From Telmatocola sphagniphila (GTDB taxonomy: Bacteria; Planctomycetota; Planctomycetia; Gemmatales; Gemmataceae), in contig NZ_CP074694.1 in assembly GCF_018398935.1 (NCBI RefSeq), positions 3,990,001 through 4,022,000 of the forward strand: DNA of 32,000 nt. The letters run 5' to 3'. This document shows, piece after piece, positions 26,150 through 32,000 of the stretch (positions are counted from its first letter, which is position 1; the number at the start of each line of letters is the position of its first letter). A model generated the notes under the pieces. The model was not told where the DNA came from, did no database searches, and saw nothing but the letters and a program-made list of their open reading frames with translations. Both the position numbers and the translations under genes were made by a program.

Positions 26150-26572
26150 ATGCTCGCCAATATATTTGCTTTACGATATGGGCTACACTTTTGCATTTTT
26201 CTGCTACTGAATGAAAATGGACCGGATACATTTCTATCCGGTACTGTCGAGGAAATGACCACCGATTATCGCTCCTGGAAAATCAGTAATCAGCTTCCCA
26301 ATTTCAAATTTCCAGACCGCTCCGATCCAGATAAACTACCATTTACACTTCCCCGGCTTGCCATTCTTCGAGTTACAGAGGTGCATACTGGGAATAAGCT
26401 TTATCTTGGCAAGCGAGTGGTTGTCCCTTTTTTTGAAATGCCCAAATATCAGTTGGGTTTTGGTGGCATCAGCGTTCATCATATTTGTTTCACTCCTCCA
26501 CTAAAAAAAGGGGATGAGTTGCTCCTATGGGCAAACGTAAAGAGGAACTATCTAGTCCCTGCACTGAAATAG
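26150..26572 (+). CDS. Hypothetical protein (AT-rich)
   Basis: 140-aa ORF with no recognisable motif. Its composition is visibly AT-richer than the flanking core genes. Confidence 0.35.
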   Translation: MLANIFALRYGLHFCIFLLLNENGPDTFLSGTVEEMTTDYRSWKISNQLPNFKFPDRSDPDKLPFTLPRLAILRVTEVHTGNKLYLGKRVVVPFFEMPKYQLGFGGISVHHICFTPPLKKGDELLLWANVKRNYLVPALK

Positions 26573-27249
26573 ACGAGATGAAAGCGAAAAGCCCGCTCTG
26601 GTATTTGATCCCTCTAAAAAAAGATCAACTTATCAAGTACGAAGATAAATTTAATGGAAAGTATTCCGACCAGGGGGAGTGGGTAAAAGCCATGCAACTG
26701 GCGGAAGACAACTCGTTTCGCGATAGGACCTTCAACGAACTAAAAGATGCCAAATCCTCCGCCATGTCCTGGCTACTTTATCGGTATTGCAAACGCATGG
26801 GCGTTGAATCCAAGAGCCTCTTAAGAAAACATATTGCAGAGGATGAACTGACCTTTTTCAATTTCCTTCATTGCGACCGCGCCCTATGTGCGTTGGATTC
26901 CGATTGGTACTTCGATTCGCTGCGAATCAAAAAATATTCAAACTTCATCCGGAATGCTCCCAATGATGATACCATGAATCTTCTTTATGGGGAAACTTTG
27001 GAAATTAAGAATTATGAGATTTTGGAAGAGATATGTCGGAGATTTTTATTAGATGACAAAGTAAATGTCTCGCCAGAAACTTGGAATCGTAGCACTGTTA
27101 TTCTGGACTTAAAGAGATTATCCGAGGAAAAACACTCCAAGCGATTTGATAATTTTGCTGAAGAGCTTGCGACAGTAAAGAGCAGATATGTGAATGATGC
27201 CGTAAAATTTCAATTTGCAGTGTTAGAGTCGCAAAAAAAGCGAAAGTAA
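26527..27249 (+). CDS. Hypothetical protein (AT-rich); alternative start ATG 26578
   Basis: 240-aa ORF (223 aa from 26578) with no recognisable motif. It overlaps or abuts the previous ORF in a different frame. Confidence 0.4.
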   Translation: MGKRKEELSSPCTEIDEMKAKSPLWYLIPLKKDQLIKYEDKFNGKYSDQGEWVKAMQLAEDNSFRDRTFNELKDAKSSAMSWLLYRYCKRMGVESKSLLRKHIAEDELTFFNFLHCDRALCALDSDWYFDSLRIKKYSNFIRNAPNDDTMNLLYGETLEIKNYEILEEICRRFLLDDKVNVSPETWNRSTVILDLKRLSEEKHSKRFDNFAEELATVKSRYVNDAVKFQFAVLESQKKRK

Positions 27250-27306
27250 TGCTTTTAGAGTTAGAGCAATCTATTTATTAATTCACAAGATTTACAACTA
27301 CTAATT

Positions 27307-28067
27307 ATGTGCTTCTACAAAATTTGTTTGCTCCTCGCTTTTACCTTCTCGAATGCGAGTGTAATCGCGCAAGACCGAAGCAAGCATGGAATCGATCAGC
27401 TTGCTAAAAAAGCATTCAAGCAAGGTTTCTGGCTGGCAAAATATCCTGTCACCCAGCGAGAATGGACAGCATTAATGGATTCTACACCTTTTGCACATCA
27501 CAAAAATGGAAGAAAAAAAACCTATTTGAAAGCTGTCGATGGACTGGATACCAGCCGCTTTCCCGCCGAGCAAATATCGCGGGAAGGGACAAAAGCCTTT
27601 CTTGAAAAAATGAATTCCAGTGCCAATCGTGAAAAGATAGACCAAGTATTTGGAAAGAATTTCAACTTCTGTCTACCTTACGAAGATGAATGGGAATACG
27701 CCTGTCGAGGAGGGCTCGGTAATAATAGAGCTTTTTACTGGGGTAGCGTATTGAATGGGGACAAAGCGAATTGCAATGGCCAAACGCCCTACGGAACTAA
27801 AACTCAAGGACCTTTCGTTGGGCATCCCACACTGGTCGGTGCATATAAAAAAAGGCGCCGCATCCTTGGGGCTTGTGCGATATGAGTGGGAATGTCTGGC
27901 AGCGCTGTGAAGAAATTCACCCAGAAGATCCGAGTAAATGCGTTATTCGTGGTGGTTGTTTTACTTTTGAAGCTTCCGCCAGCCGCTCGGCCTCCCGACA
28001 AATGATCGATAACTGGTATCGTAGCCCCACTATCGGGTTTAGAATAGCGGTTGCCGTAAGAGATTAA
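27307..28067 (+). pseudogene. FGE-sulfatase (SUMF1/formylglycine-generating-enzyme-like) family gene, split by a frameshift in an A7 tract
   Basis: The N-terminal frame reads WLAKYPVTQREWTALMD...FCLPYEDEWEYACRGG. The C-terminal frame (27873-28067) reads MSGNVWQRCEE...VIRGGCFTFEASASRSASRQ...IGFRIAV. Adding one A to the run at 27847-27853 gives a continuous GAYKKKAPHPWGLCDMSGNVWQ. Confidence 0.8.
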
Positions 28068-28160
28068 TGAAAGCTCAAGAAGTTTGTTTGGATTGTTAGA
28101 TCCGATTGAAAACTCCCATCGGACGTTAAACTACCCTCCGTACACGATCGAGTTTCCCTC

Positions 28161-29642
28161 TCACGCCAAAATTCCCTTCAACACCTCGCCATGCACATCG
28201 GTCAGCCGCCGTTCGATCCCATTGTGATAAAAACTCAGCCGTTCGTGGTTCAAACCCAACAGATGCAGAATCGTGGCGTGCAGATCGTAAATCGACGACT
28301 TCTTTTCCACGGCCGCGTAGCCAAACTCATCGGTCGCCCCGTAGCTGAATCCTTTTTTCACTCCGGCCCCGGCCATCCAGACCGTAAACCCCTTCGGGTT
28401 ATGATCGCGACCGGTAGCCCCCGCCTTCTGAAACGTGGGCATCCGGCCAAACTCGGTCACCCAGACCACCAATGTGTCTTTCAACATTCCGCGTTGCTTC
28501 AGGTCCTTAATCAATGCCGCGCAAGGCTGATCGAGGATCGGGCCATGCGTGTCGTAAAATTTCTTTAGGGTTTTATGGCCGTCCCAGTTTCCAACGCCCT
28601 CGCCCATTGCATAAGCGCCGTTGAACAATTGCACGAAACGGACATTGCGTTCCAACAGCCGCCGGGCGAGCAAACAGTTACGAGCGAATCCCGCTTTGAT
28701 CGGGTTTTTATCATTCACGCCATAACTCTCTTTAATCGCGTGGGTTTCCTTGCTGAAATCTGTCACTTCCGGAGCTCGTAGCTGCATCTTCGCGGCCAGC
28801 TCCATGCTGGCAATGCGGGCACTTAGTTCGGTATCTCCCGGATGGCGTTCGAGATGCTTCTCATTTAACTGCTTCACAAAATCGCGCACGGCCGATTCGG
28901 TATCGGCCGAGATATCCGATGGCCGGTTCAGATGTGGAATCGGCTTATCGGTATTAAACGCAGTCCCCTGGAAGACCGCCGGTAGAAAGGCGTTGTTCCA
29001 ATTGTTCGGCCCGACCTGGGGCACGCCGCGCGGATCCGGAATCGCAACGAACGCCGGAAGATCCCGACACTCGCTTCCAAGCGCGTAACTCACCCAGGAG
29101 CCGATGCTCGGGAAGCCATCGATGGTGTAGCCGGTGCTCATCTGATTCTCGGCCGGGCCGTGCGTATTAGTCTTGGCCGTCATCGAGTGAATGAAACAGA
29201 GATCGTCGGCCAACTCGGCGATGTTTGGCATGAGATCGGAGATCATTTTGCCCGACTGGCCGCGCGGTTTGAAGTTCCACAGCGGCTTGGTCAGATTGCC
29301 GTGTCCACCTTGAAAAGCCGTCTCTTTCTCCGCACCCGGCAACGGCTTACCGTCCCACTTGTAGAGCTCCGGTTTATAATCGAAGGTGTCTAAATGGCTG
29401 ACGGCTCCCGAACAGAAAATCATCAATACCCGCTTGGCCTTGGCTTCGAAATGGGGAGCTCGCGGCGCGAGCGGCGCTTCCGGCCTGATGACCGGTCGAA
29501 TCGGATCGGCCGCCAACAACCTGCGCTCGGCCAAGAGACTGATCAGGGCGATACCACCCAGACCGGTACCGCCATCGCGGAGAAACGATCGGCGATCCAA
29601 CAGATGCCGACCGGCATGCGAAAGAAAATGGCTGGGTGTCAT
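28161..29642 (-). CDS. DUF1501 family protein (sulfatase-like fold, Tat signal)
   Basis: 493 aa. It has the twin-arginine leader [25 protein letters not shown], and also TEFGRMP and [21 protein letters not shown]. This is the typical partner of DUF1549/DUF1553 genes in Planctomycetota. Confidence 0.85.
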   Translation of the reverse strand: MTPSHFLSHAGRHLLDRRSFLRDGGTGLGGIALISLLAERRLLAADPIRPVIRPEAPLAPRAPHFEAKAKRVLMIFCSGAVSHLDTFDYKPELYKWDGKPLPGAEKETAFQGGHGNLTKPLWNFKPRGQSGKMISDLMPNIAELADDLCFIHSMTAKTNTHGPAENQMSTGYTIDGFPSIGSWVSYALGSECRDLPAFVAIPDPRGVPQVGPNNWNNAFLPAVFQGTAFNTDKPIPHLNRPSDISADTESAVRDFVKQLNEKHLERHPGDTELSARIASMELAAKMQLRAPEVTDFSKETHAIKESYGVNDKNPIKAGFARNCLLARRLLERNVRFVQLFNGAYAMGEGVGNWDGHKTLKKFYDTHGPILDQPCAALIKDLKQRGMLKDTLVVWVTEFGRMPTFQKAGATGRDHNPKGFTVWMAGAGVKKGFSYGATDEFGYAAVEKKSSIYDLHATILHLLGLNHERLSFYHNGIERRLTDVHGEVLKGILA

Positions 29643-29666
29643 ATCGGCTCGCCCCAGGAAGGGGAA

Positions 29667-32000
29667 TTAGAATACAAACAGGAATTCATTAGTGTTGAAC
29701 AGCGCGAGACAGAACGCTTTCAAACCATGCTTCTCGATCAATTTTTTCGCTTCCCCAATCTCGGCTTCCTGCGGTTCCCTTTGATAGGCCAGCCAGAAAG
29801 CTCGTTGGATCTGCGCCCGACTTTCCTTCCCGGCTTCTTTCTGAATCCGTTCCGCGAAGAAACCGGCCTGCTGCAACATGAACGGACTGTTGAACAAATT
29901 CAACACCTGAAAGGCCGTGGTGGAATTGGTTCGCTTCGGGGCGGTCTGCCCGGCATCGGGACAATCGAACGCTCCGAAGGTATCATCGACGCGCATTCTC
30001 TGTTTGGTCATGTAGATCATGCGCCGCCATTCGGGCGGACCGAATTTGGTCTTGGGAATATAGACTTTCACATAATTGGAATTCGGCTCGAAGAGATCGA
30101 AGCCCGGTCCCCCCGCTGTCAAATCGAGTTTGCCCGAAATGAATAGAATCGTATCGCGCAGCGGCTCCGCTTCGAGTCGAGCGGGCGGATACCGCCAGAG
30201 CAGTCGAGCATCCGTATCGGCCGCCAATCCCTGTGAATTTGGCGTGCTGGCCTGACGATAAGCAGCGGACATCACGATCAGCTTGTGTATCCGCTTCATT
30301 TTCCAGCCGCCAATCACGAACTCATCGGCCAGCCAATCCAGCAACTCCGGATGAACCGGCTTCGCGCCGTTGATGCCAAAATCGCTGGGCGTGGCCACGA
30401 TTCCCGCCCCGAAATGATGCTGCCAGAGGCGATTGACCATCACCCGCGCGGTGAGCGGATTTTTGGGGTCGACAATCCAATCTGCCAAGGCCAGCCGGCG
30501 TTTTTCTTCCGGGGCATTCATCGGTAACTGCAGCTTGGCTCCCAGGCTCACCGGTGCGGCCGCAGCCATCTCTTCCTTGGGCGCGGTGATTTCGCCGCGC
30601 AACAATCGATGCGTCTTTTCCGGAGCCGTGAATCGCCCCGCATAAATCTGATACGGAAGTTTACTTGAGCCATCCGAGACCGTGTAATCTTTCTTCACCA
30701 CCGTCTGCCAATGATCGGGCTCCCTGGCGACTTCAATTCGATAAGCGACCGCCAGCCGGTCTGCAAATTGCCCCAGCCGATCCCGACTCCAGACAACTCG
30801 ATCGATCTTCTCGACTTTGGGGAGTTCGAACTGCACCCAGCCCTGCCCAGTCTGGTGGGAAATCCAGCTATGGGAATTGCCCGGCTGCCCATCATTGATG
30901 AATTCCAGCTTGTGGATGGCATAACCAGGTAGTGTGCCGGAGGCCGTGACTTTGGTGCCGTTTTTAGCCAGAGCTACGTTGCGAGATGCGGGGCCGCTGG
31001 TGAAGATTTCCAGTTCATCTATGCAGGGTTCGGCGTTGCCCTCGGTCTTCAATAGGGTCATTCGGACATAGCGAGCTTCCACGGCCGGAAATCGCTCTTC
31101 GTTAAGAAGAGGGTTCACAGTCGTCTGGCCGGTCTTCACGGGCCGCTCGCCATGTTGTACACCCGCAAAGACGGCCTTCAGCCCATAGTAATCGGCTTGC
31201 GAGACGGGATCAAACTTGTGATCGTGACAGCGGGCACAACCGAGCGTAACTCCCAAAAAGGTCGTGCCGGTCGTGCCGATGATATCGTGCAATTCATCGG
31301 CCCGCTGCTGAGCATTCAAAAGCGGATCGCCCTTCACCATGTCGTACGCCCCGGCCACCAGATAGCCGGTCGCTTCCCCCTGCCCCAGTTGATCGCCGGC
31401 CAGTTGTTCCTTGACGAAACGATCATAAGGCTTGTCTTCATTGAGAGAGCGAATGACATAGTCGCGATAGGGCCAGGCATTCGGGCGGAACAGATTCATC
31501 TCGAAGCCTTGAGTTTCCGCAAAGCGAACGACATCCAGCCAGTGTCGAGCCCAGCGTTCGCCAAATTGCGGAGCCGCTAAGAATTTATCGACGCATTTCT
31601 CGTAGGCGTTGGGATCGTTATCCTTCAGGAATGCCTGCACTTCCTCGGGCGTCGGCGGCAGCCCGAGCAGATCGAATTTCAATCGCCGTAGAAGTGTGAC
31701 TTTGTCGGCTTCCGGATTCATCTTCAGATGGGATTGAGCCAACTTTTGGATGAGAAAATTATCAATCGGATTCTTGGCCGTGCTGTCTTTAGGCAGAGAA
31801 GGCACGTCCGGCCGTTTAACCGGTTGATAAGCCCAGTGCGTCAGTCGAGCGTCCACATCTGAGGTCTTGGGCCAATCGGCCCCGCGATCAATCCAGTTTT
31901 TAATGCTCCGAATCTCCGCCGAGCTCAGCCGATCTCCCTGTGGCGGCATTTGCTCCTCTGGATTTTTGCTCTGAATGCGAGCCATCAGGAGACTGGCCTC
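29667..32000 (-). CDS. DUF1549/DUF1553 (PSD1-type) protein with a central F5/8-type-C-like domain; the 5' end lies outside the window
   Basis: The frame stays open to base 32000. The first residues (MPPQGDRLSSAEIRSIKNWIDRGADWP) look like the end of a planctomycete cytochrome-c (PSCyt) domain. DUF1549 is seen as NPIDNFLIQKL...RRLKFDLLGLPPTPEEV...YEKCVDKLL. CARCHDHKFDP is present. DUF1553 is seen as NPLTARVMVNRLWQHHFG...FG..G..PVHPELLDWLA. Confidence 0.85.
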   Translation of the reverse strand, partial: EASLLMARIQSKNPEEQMPPQGDRLSSAEIRSIKNWIDRGADWPKTSDVDARLTHWAYQPVKRPDVPSLPKDSTAKNPIDNFLIQKLAQSHLKMNPEADKVTLLRRLKFDLLGLPPTPEEVQAFLKDNDPNAYEKCVDKFLAAPQFGERWARHWLDVVRFAETQGFEMNLFRPNAWPYRDYVIRSLNEDKPYDRFVKEQLAGDQLGQGEATGYLVAGAYDMVKGDPLLNAQQRADELHDIIGTTGTTFLGVTLGCARCHDHKFDPVSQADYYGLKAVFAGVQHGERPVKTGQTTVNPLLNEERFPAVEARYVRMTLLKTEGNAEPCIDELEIFTSGPASRNVALAKNGTKVTASGTLPGYAIHKLEFINDGQPGNSHSWISHQTGQGWVQFELPKVEKIDRVVWSRDRLGQFADRLAVAYRIEVAREPDHWQTVVKKDYTVSDGSSKLPYQIYAGRFTAPEKTHRLLRGEITAPKEEMAAAAPVSLGAKLQLPMNAPEEKRRLALADWIVDPKNPLTARVMVNRLWQHHFGAGIVATPSDFGINGAKPVHPELLDWLADEFVIGGWKMKRIHKLIVMSAAYRQASTPNSQGLAADTDARLLWRYPPARLEAEPLRDTILFISGKLDLTAGGPGFDLFEPNSNYVKVYIPKTKFGPPEWRRMIYMTKQRMRVDDTFGAFDCPDAGQTAPKRTNSTTAFQVLNLFNSPFMLQQAGFFAERIQKEAGKESRAQIQRAFWLAYQREPQEAEIGEAKKLIEKHGLKAFCLALFNTNEFLFVF

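Noticed and set aside
29394-30146. 250-aa plus-strand ORF spanning the DUF1501/DUF1553 junction
   Set aside because: It is antisense to two genes with clear family motifs and has a low-complexity, Arg/Gly-rich composition.

Overview
The window looks like a Planctomycetota-type chromosome. This call rests on a DUF1501/DUF1549-DUF1553 gene pair, a PmoA/DUF6807-like protein, FGE-sulfatase and PQQ-propeller proteins. It splits into two parts.

**Right part (about 17.7-32 kb): ordinary core genome.** It holds tRNA-Ser(CGA), a zinc-ribbon membrane protein, a TlpA-like thiol-disulfide oxidoreductase, rho, coaE, an HExxH lipoprotein, moxR, a PQQ-propeller protein, a frameshifted FGE-family gene, and the DUF1501 plus DUF1549/DUF1553 genes.

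**Left part (1 to about 17.66 kb): a heavily rearranged accessory region.** It ends at an excisionase-like HTH gene and a tyrosine integrase that abut the 3' end of tRNA-Ser. It contains:
- Three orphan or truncated Rhs/Hint polymorphic-toxin C-terminal cassettes with candidate immunity genes.
- One full-length group II intron (1433-3353) and one 577-nt 5' fragment of the same intron.
- Four copies or part-copies of a non-coding, hairpin-rich 475-bp element built around the 10-mer GTGGCACTGG/CCAGTGCCAC.
- Two 680-bp remnants of an rve-type IS and one solo end of it.
- A small CHC2-like zinc-ribbon ORF.
- An IS701-like element, plus a 3' fragment of a related copy.
- An IstB remnant.

**Most interesting signal.** The 475-bp element has an identical right terminus joined to four unrelated flanks and imperfect terminal inverted repeats. 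It carries the homing site of the group II intron. A filled and an empty site are both in the window, and 137 + 338 nt of split element equals the 475 nt of the intact copy. Another copy of the element's right end is joined inside the intron ORF. No transposase that could mobilise this element is visible here.

All family assignments come from reading motifs by eye. No database search was run.
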